A stretch of 64,000 bases of DNA from Bugula neritina (Eukaryota; Animalia; Bryozoa), in NCBI GenBank assembly GCA_964035545.1, contig OZ037767.1, positions 4,666,707 through 4,730,706 of the forward strand, written 5' to 3'. Both the position numbers and the translations under genes were made by a program. The notes below the pieces were generated by a model. That model saw only the letters and a program-made list of their open reading frames with translations. It searched no databases and was not told the DNA's origin. This document shows positions 26,901-40,600 of the stretch, piece after piece (position 1 is the stretch's first letter; the number at the start of each line of letters is the position of its first letter).

Positions 26901-28609
26901 GACTTTAAATGACAGTAAGTATAATTTTAGCTATTCTATAACTATGTTAATTGAAAAAAAAAACAAAATGAGTCAAAATAAAATAATATAAACATAAGGC
27001 TAAGCAACAACAATCTGAACTTATTGCTAACACCCAATGTTTTTTTAAACTACATTTGATAAATTTACAAGCGTAGTGATTCAAATAGCATTGCTTTGTA
27101 GTTTTTTTCTATTTCAATCAATTTTTTATTGGGAAATAATTGCAACTTTTATTATTTCAAATCAACAAATGATAATTCTCTGATGAAGTAAACTATTTGT
27201 ATGCTAACACTTTAGGAGCATGTCACATTTAAATTTGTAATGAATGCTGTTGAAATGTTAAGTTATTTCATCATTAATATTTTATGGTGGCTAACATGAG
27301 ACAACAAGAATGGAACTTCAAATATGGGTTTTGTTGATGACCAGCAATATTTATTTGTGTGGCTAGAATAAATCATTATCTGTGCTTTTTCAGTAAAAGA
27401 GCATTGAAGAAAAAATTTACAACTGAAGTTATACTCTATGTATTTGAAAAAATAATATATTTATGCAAATACTACCATCACATCTGCATGAGGAAGTCTC
27501 AAATTCTAACAACCTAAAAGATGTGTAGATAATAATTATTAGGTATGTCTGGACAGTAACTAAATCGAAGCATAAGATTTGTAAGGAATCAAAATCTATT
27601 GTTTGTTTATTATGATTTTTATTGAGTTACTATCCTGTTTAGTCTTTCAGGTACTACACAAATAAAGAGCTATTGCTTTGCTGGTGCAGCATACTAATCC
27701 ATAACCCATTTGTTAGCTCAACAACTAAAACCAATGTCAGCAGAAAAGCAGGTAAATTCATATATGAATTTGAACATGTTAAATATGTTAAGCTTGTCAA
27801 CTTCTTGAGTATGATTAACATATTTGTATACCGAATTGAAACATCTGCAATGATAAAATCAATAATTTCTATAAGGTAATAATTGTTATTGTATTACTTA
27901 GATATGCAAAAAGCTTTATAGCTATGAACATGCAGATGACATGACTAATGCAGTCATACTGGTGGAAGGGAAAGAGTTACATGTAGTAAAAGAGGTAAGA
28001 ATGGGTCTAATTCCCTTTACCCAATCGCTAGACTAAAAATGGTAAATACTACTGAACACGATTCCTAACTTTATTAAGTGTGACAATAAGTTTTACCCTT
28101 GATATCTGTTTTGTGTTATTTAGTTGCTGATGGTAGCCTCTCCTGTATTCAAAGCAATGTTTACTGGCCATTTCATAGAAGCAAGCACTAATGTTGTTGA
28201 ACTGGCCAATAAAGACATTAATCATGTAGTATGGATGCTTGACTACATCTACCCAGAAAAAGCGTTTGATCTTACAGGTGGTTACAACTTCTTATACATA
28301 AGTATTAAACTTTCTAATTTATTTCAGTTGTTTTTAGTGTATAAGTTGGTTGATACTAACTTATACACTAAAAAGTGTGGGATAAGTTGATTGTAAGAGT
28401 ATTAATCATCTTGGTAGTAATAGTACTAGTAGTAGTAGTGGTAGTAGTGGTAATGGTAGTAGTAGCAGCAGTAGTAGTAGTGGTAATGGTAGTAGTAGCA
28501 GCAGTAGTAGTAGTGGTAGCAGTGGTAGTAGTAGTAGTAGCGGTAGTAGTAGTAGCGGTAGTAGTAGTAGTATAGTAGTAGCAGTGGTAGTAGCAGTAGT
28601 AGTGGTAGC

Positions 28610-28668
<59 letters not shown>

Positions 28669-31600
28669 CAGTAGTAGCAGTGGTAGTAGTAGTAGTAGTA
28701 GTACTAGTAGTAGTAGTAGTAGTAGTAGCAGTAGCAGTAGTAGTAGTAGCAGTGGTAGTAGCAGTAGTAGCGGTAGCAACATTATTTATGACTTCTTTTT
28801 ATAGACGAAATGGCTGCCAAGCTGCTGCCTCTAGCAGAGGAATACCAGCTGTCAAACTTGCGTGCTCAGTGTATTGACGTTCTGTTGGAACAAGATACGC
28901 CCCGACTGGAAATAGTGACTTTAGCTGAGAAATTTGGACTGGAGGAGCTGCTAGAAGTTTCCATAGACCAGTGTGCTCTGCACGTTCCGGCCGAGCCAGA
29001 AGCAAAGGGTGAAAAAGAGTCCGAGCTGGACCAGCAGTTGAAGCTGCCGGAGAACTCAAGGCTTAGCAAGGATGCAGTAAATAAAATTCTGAGGTGCGCA
29101 ATTTCTAGGGGGCTAATTGTGAACAGTTACATCAATAAAGATTGCGTGAATTGTGTTGCTTGAATAGTACTAGTCATACTATACAGGTATAATGTATCTC
29201 ACTACTTGTTGCCAGTTAGTTGTGATATTAGCGTGTTGGAAAAGCTGTAGTCTGTTGTGCGCATAGTTTAAGTCGAGTTCCAGCATGTAATTTCGAATTT
29301 AGTTTTATTATTGTCTTGCACTGTAGCCTAATTTTTTTTTGTAGAAAGAAGATATATTATGCCAAAACGCGGTTTGCAGAAATTAAGACTTCAGTTAATG
29401 GAATATTAGCTGCTACAATGCGCTCCAGCAAATCAGATCAGGATGCTATACGTAAGCATAAGGCCTCTATGAGTTTCGGACAAGGCATATTTTGAGAATT
29501 TGGAGTTGTCTTACTGTCATATTGCTATAATTGTCTACACTTACTAAGATTATGCAATCTCTGCCCTTATATTATGTATGTTTATATTATGCTGTTTATA
29601 TATGCTACGTAAGTACAAGTCAGTAATTATACACTTTATTTAGTTTTATTTTCTTATAGCGCCTGTACATATTATAAAAATTTTATATTGTAATCTACTT
29701 CACTTGTGCATTCATCACAGTGTATGTGTATTTTATTTTTATAACATTTATACCTATTGGACATTCTGGAACCATATGACATAAAATTTAATAAATATCT
29801 CTATTGTATACAATCATTAAGTGTTAAAACTGCAAATCCTGATACATTGATCATGTGAGAACTAGTATATTAAATACTGAAGCTATAAACATAATAATTA
29901 TGCAACAAATTGAACTAGTTGACAGTTTGTGTCAAATTTACATGCAAATGAGCACATATTTATTCAAGTGTGACTAACATATGCAAACTCAATCTTCTCT
30001 CATTTCAACTGATTTCAGTAGAGTGGATCATTAGGTTGATGAAAGTGGAACAAACAGATATTGATATTTATATAACTAGAAATAGCTACAATTATTATAA
30101 AATTAGCAATTTTACCAAATTGAATGTTTTAAGTATGGCAATTTCTTATTGCCTGTGCATAATAAATATGTTCAGAATGTTCTTTTATAACACATTAAAA
30201 TTACTTTTACTGATGAAATACAACTTTGAACTTGGTGAAACTTTCGCTAACCACTCTGAATGTAAACTGAAAACTAAGATCATGTTGAGAAAATTTTTGC
30301 TTGAAAGTTTAGTTTACCCTAATGCTAAAAGAAGGTTGTTGTGGGACGATGCAGCACTAACCTCAACAATGTCAGTGAGAAAACACAGAACTAACCTTGT
30401 AAGTAATAAAATGCAGTACTAACCATAACAATGTGAGTGAGAAGATGTAGTATTAACCCTAGCAATATGAGTGAGAAGATACAGTATTAACCCTAGCAAT
30501 GTGAGTGAGAAGATGCAGTACTAATGCTAACAATGTGAGTGAGAAGATACAATACTAACCCTAACAATGTGAGTGAGAAGATGCAGTACTAACCTTAACA
30601 ATATCGCTGTCTGTAAGAAGAAACACAACACTCTTTCCCTGAACTCCCGCCATTCTAAACAGCCTCTTCAGGTCTTCTCTAAAGTCTTGCATGTTGTAGC
30701 CTCTGGAGAGAGCGAGGCGAAACAACTTACACCCAGCAATGTAACAGGCTAAGCCAATCACAGTCGCTTTACCAGTTCCGTCCAACCCAACCTGTAAAGA
30801 GTTGATATACCTCTGCACTAGTAACTTTACCCGAGACAGTTTTATTGCCACGAGAACGACATACGTAACTATAACATTTGTATTCAGAGAAAACTGAACA
30901 TTAAACAAATATGGAGCAGAACTACAGCACTAGACTGGTATTCATTAACAGCTATGGTATTGGAATACATTATATACATATATCTTCAGAGTTGTCTTTT
31001 CTATTTAGGAATATCAATATATTTAACTCTCGGTTGATGGAACCCTAAACCTGCATTACAAGGGCATACCTTTCATAAGTGTTACGCCTAGCCATGGTTA
31101 CAAGGATAATATTAAATGGATACTAGAGCCTATTAAACATGCTAGTCTCTATTTAGCATACTAGTATCTATTTGTTCAAAAATGCACAAAAACTTCTGTA
31201 CGATGCTTAAAAGACACAGGTAAAATAAATGTGCAGTAATGGAGTCATCACTAGTGTAGTTCTGAAGCTACACAATCGATATATGATAGAGGTTGCATTT
31301 GTCGTGCATCAGTGTTTCTAAAACACACTTAAACTTAATCTAATATGATGCAACTCATTGACATTATAATAATTGCATTATAGCAGAAACATAGCCTCAA
31401 ACTCTGCCCTATTACATGTTAGAAGCTATAGTTACCATCAACATGTGGCGGGAGGGCTGCCTGAACACCCGCACTGCTCTACAGATATGATGCACTGCCT
31501 CTTCAAAAAACACAAACTTCTTAGCCTGAGTTACTGAGAGATGCTGTCTCATGTGGTACTCTTCAAGTACATTAGTTATCTTTTCCAAGTCAGAAGTTGG

Positions 31601-34600
31601 CCTATAAATCTGTAAAACACCGACACCAGCTGTAATATTGTAAACGATATGTTTTAAAGCTTATATAGCAAGATGAAGAAAGCAGGGGTGATGGTAGCAA
31701 AAAAGTGAAATGTGACTTGAAATAATATCAGAAATAATTGCGTATGGGACAGATTATTGGTATGCTAACATGAGCTCTGAAATATTGCTAAAAATATTTA
31801 AAACTATAGCAGGATCACTCGGATACTTTTTATATTATAAACTATTAATTTTAAAAACCTAGAGTATATATATTACACTACAATTATATAAAGTAAAATG
31901 GTTTGTATGGATAACATGCTTAACTTAGTGCAACCAATATTGATTGAAGAGTCAACATTCATAACTTGAACACAGAAAAAATAGGTAGAATATTTGTTAG
32001 GGGAAATGAATAGCTAGTGGTAAAAAAATTCATGCTTGGATGGGGGAGGGAGAAAAGTTGGCAAAAGTTGACAACTTACCCGCATACTCTTAAGTAGCTG
32101 TCAAACATATTACACACTGTGAACAATAATTTGGCAGAAAATAATTATCTGTAAGTTTAAAGTAAATAGGAAACTATAACAAGCTGTAGCACAGCTAAAA
32201 TGTATTATACACGAAGATGTTAAAGTTACAGTCATGTAAGATTTTCACACAGTCAAGTCTACTTGTTCGCAGAACTTATGAAAGAACACATGAGTTTTTA
32301 CAACTGGCTGCACTAAGCACACAGTATAGAATAAAATGATGAAAAGTCCCAAAGTAAAGAAACAACCTAATTAACACCAATATTATTCGCGGATTAGCTA
32401 TGATGTCACCAGGGTCACAAGGGTTAGTTATGATGTCACAAGGGTAAGTTGCAATGCCCTACCACCTAGGTCCTTGACGATGTCACAACAAAGATTTGTG
32501 ATGTCATAGTCTCATATTTTTAAATTTATTTGTCGAACCAGTACCACAACAAACGGTTAATGAGAAGTTACCTTTGGAGTGGGAAGATCGTTAGCAGACG
32601 ACGAAGTTCCAGCAGAATCAATGTCAAGGAAGTCAGTAAACAGGACCGGCTTAGACATCAATTGTTCGCTGGTCCAGGTTACCTAATCATTTGAAACAAT
32701 CACTAGTAATACTTTTAGCACAACAGTCTTTTTGGAAACACATTTTAAATTCAGACATGCAATTTGGTCGTGTAAAATGACACAGCAATATTGTAATGTT
32801 TTAATGTTGTTAAAAAGCTATAATCCTAATAAAAATGTTAGATTGATTTACTAATTAGAATCTATTATATCTACAAAATATTATATTTTTTCTAATACGG
32901 ACATATGAAAAAGAATTGTAGTTTTGCAAAGCAGTTCAGTTAACACAAAGGAAGCTATTAAAAAGGTAATTAAATATCATACAGAGAGATTAACTTCCTA
33001 GTCTATTGTAAAAGAAATGGAAACAATTTTATGATAAACAGTTGAACACATCTACAAGAGAATATTAAGACGAGACGATATTTTAAAGCAGTTTGTTAAA
33101 AGAGGGGGAACAGCATCATCAAGCAGTGTATTACATTATGCCATGAGTCTTTCACAGGATTGTACACCCAGGGACGTACTCGTCGCGCCTCGTGTTTCCA
33201 GTCTGTTGCCTCTTTGTGAGAAGGCTAATATGTTCAAATATAAACTTTACACAGTATTAACAACAACACTACACATCAGCTGCTTTAGCTGCTTTAGCTG
33301 CAGCCATAAGCATTCTCCCAACATCAAAACAGTCATACAACTTGCAATAAAAGTATTTGAGACAGAGTATTTTAGTTGCTATCCTGACATGGATCTAAAT
33401 AAATTCTCTAAACATGTTCTTAACAATGATGTACTTTCTGTGACATAAAGCTTTAATATCTACGCTGGGAGCAAATAAATTTGGTATCATGTACTGGATA
33501 TTACAACCTTGGGGTGAAGAACTGTTGACTACTCTAATGCAGACATATACCCTTACAGGGGTTGAATTAGTTATATTACACAGTGAATACAACTGAGTAA
33601 AACAGAAATATTTTGTAATTTTGCTCACCCTAGTATTAAGTCATGTAAAACAGTTATTTTCACATGTCAAAAAAATGTAGACAGCCTTACAAAACTGTGA
33701 TACACAAAGCATTAGAAGATCACGTTTAATCTAACTTTGCAGATAACATTAGCTTAAAGGACAAAATGACATGAGAAATTATCCGTTTCTTGAAATCTAA
33801 CTTGCTGTCAGTATTTGCAGAATTACTTCATTTCGAATAGTTGTCAAGAAAAAATAATTTGAATGTTACATAATTTTTCAGTCACTTCCCTAATAGAATA
33901 TTATTAATATAAAAGGTTTATGAAAAATATTTTACAAATTTCATAATGTTCAAAAGTTTTGCTAAAATCAATTTATCTCCAAACATTATGAATATTTAAA
34001 TAATGACTAAAGTTGAAAGAGCCACCTTGAAATAGTCGTGGAGCATCTCAGAGAGGAAGCCATAGAACTTCTCTCTGTCTGAAGGAGAAATCAGCCGATC
34101 ATGGAATGTTCTGGTAACCTCATGGGCCAACAGCTGAGCGCAGAGGTCTCTGTTTACAATGACATCTTCATTAGCTTGCAGCAGACCTTGTATAACCTGT
34201 AGAGAGTGATTATAGTACTTGGACCATTCTAGAAATTGCAGGCTTTGCGTAATCTACTAACAGTTTAAATTACAGCCAAGGCCCAAGGCTCTCAATCACA
34301 AAATGGCCGAGTATAACCTGTACACTTAGCCTCTCATAGTACATAGAGTGCTGAGATCATTCTAAAGTTTAGAATTTGAATTATACAAACTCACATAAAT
34401 TTATAGTCACTATTCCTGTGAGAACCCCTGCTGAAAAGTGTTTTTAAAGCAGGCTAAGAACTTATTCATATGTGTCACAGGAGCAATTATGACTGGATGC
34501 TTTTCCTAACATCACTAATGACCTTTACTGGAATTTCGAACGTATAACACCGTGTTTACTAGGCCAATGCTCTAACCTCCCCACCACGGCTGCTCCCTTA

Positions 34601-37600
34601 AGATTTTCATTAGACCAACAGCTTAAATAATATCCATAGTGAAAGTGCTGCCAATCACAACATGGCCGAGTATAATGCGAACCTGAGAGAGATCTCTGAA
34701 GTTAAAGGTATAATGTATCTTAGTCGGTGTTGGCAGCATCTCATTGCACATCCTGTAGAAGATAGCAATGCTGCCGCTCACAAACGAGAACAGCGACTCC
34801 TTCACTTCTGGTACAAAGTCTCCCTCATGGAGAAACTTGCCAAGCTGCACCTGGTAGATGTGTTGGAGATTCCTAGTGGATGGCGTAGGGAGAGCCAACA
34901 TGCTACAGCATAGTAAGATACACTGCATGTGTAACAGCAGATTTGTGATTGGTCAATAATCATAAGTACCATGAAAACTGTTAACTATTGACTAACAGTT
35001 GAAAAACTGTATTTTCAAGTTAGTTTAAGTTGGGTCAAACAGTTTTTAGATGTTGATGCGTAAAAATAATCTCACAGCGTGACTTACCAAAAGTGTTTTA
35101 AAATTCGGGGATTGACCACATTTCGACCTCCACCAGGGGGCGCACAAGCTGCTGTGAAGGTCAAATCTGTGGTGTTCTACAACAGGAAATTAGTTTGAAA
35201 AAAGTTTTATTAGTATGCAAACTGCATTGCCTTTGTAGGAAAACTGGTATAAACTATAAAACAACCTAAACAATTTATCTAAAAATAACACCATTTAGCG
35301 TTTCATCATATCCTCAGGAATGACGTTTCTAACCAACATAGCAGTTGATAGACTGTATAGACTGTATAGACTGTCATATGAGTCCCACAACGTAGCGTGC
35401 TAGATACACTAGCTAGCACCTGCAGTAACCACCATTTATTTATATGCCTTCATGAAAATTGTATTCGTCATTCTCCGTAACAGTATACAATTTCTGCACG
35501 CTATAGCTATAACTACCTTCCACTGTAATTTCTTTGTATCATAAAAACCTCCGAGGTCCAGAAATTGTCTGAGCAGCTCTAAAGGTGGTTGAGCTCCATA
35601 AACCTCTTGGGCTGGCACATTTAAATCGTCAATAAATACTATAACCTGGAGTATACATAGCATCGATTATAGTTAAACACTATAATTTGGAGTATATAGC
35701 ATAGAGTCTAGTTAAACACTATAACCCAGAGTATATATAGTATAGATTATAGTTAAACACCATAACCTAGAGTATATAACATAGATTCCATGCCAATCAT
35801 TATAAACTTTGTCTATACATTTCAACATATTTATTTTCAAAGATGGGCATTAGCAAAAATAAAATTATATATATAACTTTGGTACTACTTGGTAACACAG
35901 CGTAACTGACCTTTCGACCCCGAGGTCCAACCATGCTGTCCCTTCCTTTGCGCACCAGTCGCTGTATAACCTGAGTGCACGTTCTGTCTATTGTAGTCTG
36001 CGCACTGAACTGTATAATGGAGGAGAGAACTCCGGGGGAGGGCTTTGCCTTTTGAGATCCAAACAGATTCATTTTTTCAACAGCTGAGTCTACAAAGTAC
36101 AACAGTAACAGCTACAGACAAATGTGACAGTAATTCGCATTATGTGACAGTCGCTAGCTGTATGTGACAACCACTAGCTCTATGTGACAACCACTAGCTC
36201 TATGTGACAACCACTAGCTGTATGTGACAGTCACTAGCTCTATGTGACAACCACTAGCTGTATGTGACAGTCACTAGCTGTATGTGATAACCACTAGCTG
36301 TATGTGACAACCACCAGCTCTATGTGACAGTCACTAGCTGTATGTGACAACCACTAGCTGTATGTGACAACCACTAGCTGTATGTGACAACCACTAGCTC
36401 TATGTGACAGTCACTAGCTGTATGTGACAACCACCAGCTCTATGTGACAACCACTAGCTCTATGTGACAGTCACTAGCTGTATGTGACAACCACCAGCTC
36501 TATGTGACAGTCATGAGTGTCATATGACAAAGCATAGCTTCATAAGTTTATATACTGTTTGGTTTATTACACATAAAACTACTCTTGCTATTTCAAAATT
36601 ACTTATTTTACTCTTAACTCAACTTTTATGAATGAACTATAACTTCAGTTGATGGACCGACAAGCTAAAAACACGTGGAAGCGTTGAATTAGCCATATTG
36701 ATAGCCACTGATAGTTTCATGACTGGAGTCAGTAGGGAGTCTCTATTGGCTTACAGTTGAGAAATAATCAGAGAAATTGATTTAGTATAGCTTTTGGTCC
36801 CTGATTACAACTTGCAATGTAAGTTCAAAATAAATTACATCTTTTTTAAGCACAGTATTACTATCTTGCTGTGTAATGTACTAAATATAAATTCACAACA
36901 AAAGTGCTTGAAAAAATAATAACAAACTAGCAACAAAGAAATAGAAATTATAACTCTTGCAAAATATAACAGCGCTACTTACTTTTTTTCCGGTTAGATG
37001 ATGGCTTGGCAGACCCTGGTTAGTAAATCAGGGTGTGATTACAAGTTTAAAACATGAATATTTTCATAAAGTAAAGAAAATTATGACAAAATTTTCCAGC
37101 ACTAATGGAATATTTTACCATGTCAGTCTACACGGTAGCTGCTAGTCCATACAACTTATATTCCTATTTTGCACTTTCCAATGTTTCATTGATGTTAAAA
37201 TTCACCAACCCAAAAGCTTATTCATAAAAAAACACAGCTAAATGTTATAGTTTGGTGAAAACAAAATGATTAGTAACAACATACACACTGATACTGAGAT
37301 TAGGTACAACATGCTCACAGTAATGTACCCTAAATATGTAATATACCACCTAGCAACCTTTTGGATAAGTTATGTAACATGCAGAGTTTTTTGTAGTGGT
37401 AGATGTAGTGTGCAGTGTACATGTTACATTGACTTATAGGAAAGATGCGAAAGAAAGTTTGCCTTATTAGAAAATTATAATACAGATTGATAAACACTTT
37501 CTAGTCTGAAACATAGTCTAAGAAATACAACTATTACCTGCGGAAGATGGTGGACTCTGGCGCTCAGTGCCAGTGGATTTACCTGCTATGACGACAAACT

Positions 37601-40600
37601 TAAAATAAAACTATTTTTTTCTGCAAAAAGAATATGTTAGCAACTGACAAGCTTGGTTTCAAATTAGCTAGTGAGACTGCTGAGAGTTTCTTAGACAGTC
37701 TTCAGAGAAAGAGGAGGGGATGATTTTCAGTTTTTTAGTACTTTCTATAGCTAACTGATGAGATGCTACTTTTTTGTGCAACACATAAAGACAATTATTA
37801 TGCATGCTTCAAAACAGCAACCATAGCAAACTAGAGTCAATATGTTTCCAAATTGTACTTGTAAAGGAAACCTGGCAGCTAAAAACACCAGGTATATTAC
37901 CTTCATTGCTTCTGGTTAAGGTCATGATGTTCTCTATCAGATCATTGTTTTTGTCAGCAAAGTTGAACACGCTGCCGAGGAGGGAGTCTGCCTTTGTACC
38001 AGTTCCTCCTTCCTTGGATATCTGCTTTATCATGTTTAGGATGAGAGAGGATTTGCCAACGCCCGACTCTCCTATAAAATATAGAACGTATATGGGAACT
38101 CATACTACATGAGACAACAGTGTCTCCAGCATTAATTCAAATGATACAATTTAGAGCATGATGGCAGAACAGAGTGACTGTTAGTAGGCATCAAACTCTT
38201 AGTATAGAGTAACTTTCTAAGGTCTTGCAAAGATATCATATAATTTAGGATTAGTTTAACATGTAATAGACACTTTCTACTCTTTGATTAAAAGAATTTG
38301 TGACACTAAGTCTCTATTACACTGTTTAATTACTGGTGTATTTAATCATTACAGAGTAGTCACAGTAACCTACTATCAACTAAATCATTTGACTAAGCGT
38401 GCACATGTGGCAGTCATGTGTGTCAGGGCAGACTGACTGACTGACAGCAGTGTTCAGGTGCTCTAAGCTTATAAAAATCAAGGTCCACATTCCATACCTG
38501 TCAGTAGAACAGGGTGCTTGTCCAGCAGAAGCAAGGCCATAAGGAAGGAATATCTCACAGAATCAACAGTTGGCACAATCTCATTGGCTAGAATAGTCTT
38601 CTGCTGTTCAGCCTGGGAGTTATGCAAGTCACCTGGAAACAGTGTTGGAGAAAATGAATAAACAAAGTAATCAGGTTCAGATTGCATAATCTTCTCCAGA
38701 ACTTTAACATAAGAATCGCCATCTGTAGGCTACCAACCTCAACTCAACCGTGTGAGTTGAGTTATTTTGAGAGAGAAAATATGACCATCTATTCACATTT
38801 CTATACATGAATTACCAAACAAAACATTTCTACTTATCCAATCAAGAGGAGATGTTATACACCATATAGCTTACCCAAAGACATGATGGCAGACTTCTCA
38901 ATTAGTGTCTGTGTGGAAGGCACCAGGATGTCCCACAACACAAAGTTACCAGACTTCATGTCTACAAAGTAGCTGTAGATTGTCTTGTTACCAGTGGGCA
39001 GTCTCACGCCTACAATTCAAGATTAAACACTTCACTGCATATAGAGAAGAGATATCTATTATCTGTTTCCTGTACTACTTTTAGTATACAACTGGCCCAC
39101 TCAATACCAACCTACATAAAACTTAAACCTTTCCAAGCAGCAACGCAAATACAGTTCTAACTCTATATCTCACGGTTTCAGTTCTCACAAAATTCCATAA
39201 GGGCTTGGACCCCCTTTTGTGGCTCTTGACTGTGCGTATAGGTACAAAAATGGCCAAATCTAGCAGATCCACGAGTAAATTTAGTATTTTACTATGTCAT
39301 GAAGTGAAGTTTCAGGACCCGCAGTTTACGGATGGAGCACTGCATTTGTTTAAGCCTGTAGTTTTTAGTTCGGTTTTGAAACATTTTTCCATATCGAGTT
39401 TCAAGATAACACTGCTTCCTGGGCAAAAATAAACAAAAATAAATCAACCTCTTGTCATCAGCTTCTTTTACTCACCAAGTGGAGGTTCAGTGTCGAAAGT
39501 TTCGTGTACAAAGTTGTCAAACTCGTACGTAACGCTCACTTCCTGTTTGGTTTCGCCACGCTGAATGATTCCGCCATCATCATCCAGGTTTTCATCACGG
39601 CGGAAGTTACCGCCAAAGCTCCAGACAAAGGAGAATACGAATAACTTTCCTAGAAAGTTTGTAAGTTGAGCCGGATTCCTCTGGGCAAAGTACATGTCGT
39701 CACTACAGATATACAACTTAGGTGAGTTAGAGCAGAATACAACAAAATACCAGTAGCTAAAAATAGAGACAGCACACCAGAAGAATGTAATAAGGTTTAT
39801 ATGCTAAATACAAACAGATAATGTGTATGTAGATAGAAAAAACAAAATGAATATAGCTACATATGCAAAATATGAAGTGTAAATAGAGATTCTAGTACAA
39901 TAACTTCAAAAAATATGGTGACAGATTAAGAATATCAACTATATGAAAAATTAAATGACAGATGCATATTCTTTAGAAATAAAAGAATACATAGCGATTA
40001 ACTTTTAGAACCTAGGACAGTTGAATACTGGAAGTTGATACAAATAATACATGTAAATACATAAAATTAAAATACATGTACAAATTATAATGACTACACA
40101 TACCTGGATTGTTTGTACTTGTCGTCGTCAAAGTTTAGAGTGTTGTGTTTCCTGCTGCGTCTACGTCTTCCTCTTTTCCCGCCACTGGCGTCGGTAAACG
40201 TGGAGCTCACGGAGCTCTCAGCACTTCCTGGTCGCCCTCGAGTGGTTCCACCACCTGGAGGCTTCTCTGAAAATCCCATTCAAACTATCACTTTCTTTCA
40301 ATACGAACAAATCTTACAAAACTAAGAATTACTAGTTGCACTGACGATGAGTTTATTACATTATCTGACAACAAACCATTTTAATAGTATTTCTCATGAT
40401 TGTTCATCCAATACAATTCAAAGGCCCAAAAGATGTTTTATTTCTTAGCAAAACACTATTTTCACATGAGCTCTTGACTGAATATTTCTTTTCATTTTTT
40501 TCAAAGCACAAGTAAAAGCCTTCTAATTAAAAATATCTACTATTTAAACTGAAACATGGTACATATTTAGTAGAATGTTTATTTCTCTCACCTTCAGCCA

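Noticed and set aside
28375-28877. Poly-Val, poly-Leu and poly-Tyr ORFs
   Set aside because: Translations of the (GTA)n microsatellite inside a BTB intron.
29970-30422. 150-aa plus-strand ORF
   Set aside because: AT-rich intronic sequence with a GTG start, no domain, running into the 34-bp array.
33143-33628. Intronic ORFs on both strands
   Set aside because: No recognisable homology or consistent splice structure; the dynein frame is complete without them.
36141-36512. CRISPR-like regular array
   Set aside because: Head-to-tail 20-mers with no unique spacers, eukaryotic intron, no cas genes.
39150-39430. Possible MITE or DNA-transposon remnant starting TACAGT
   Set aside because: No matching terminal inverted repeat or target-site duplication found by eye.
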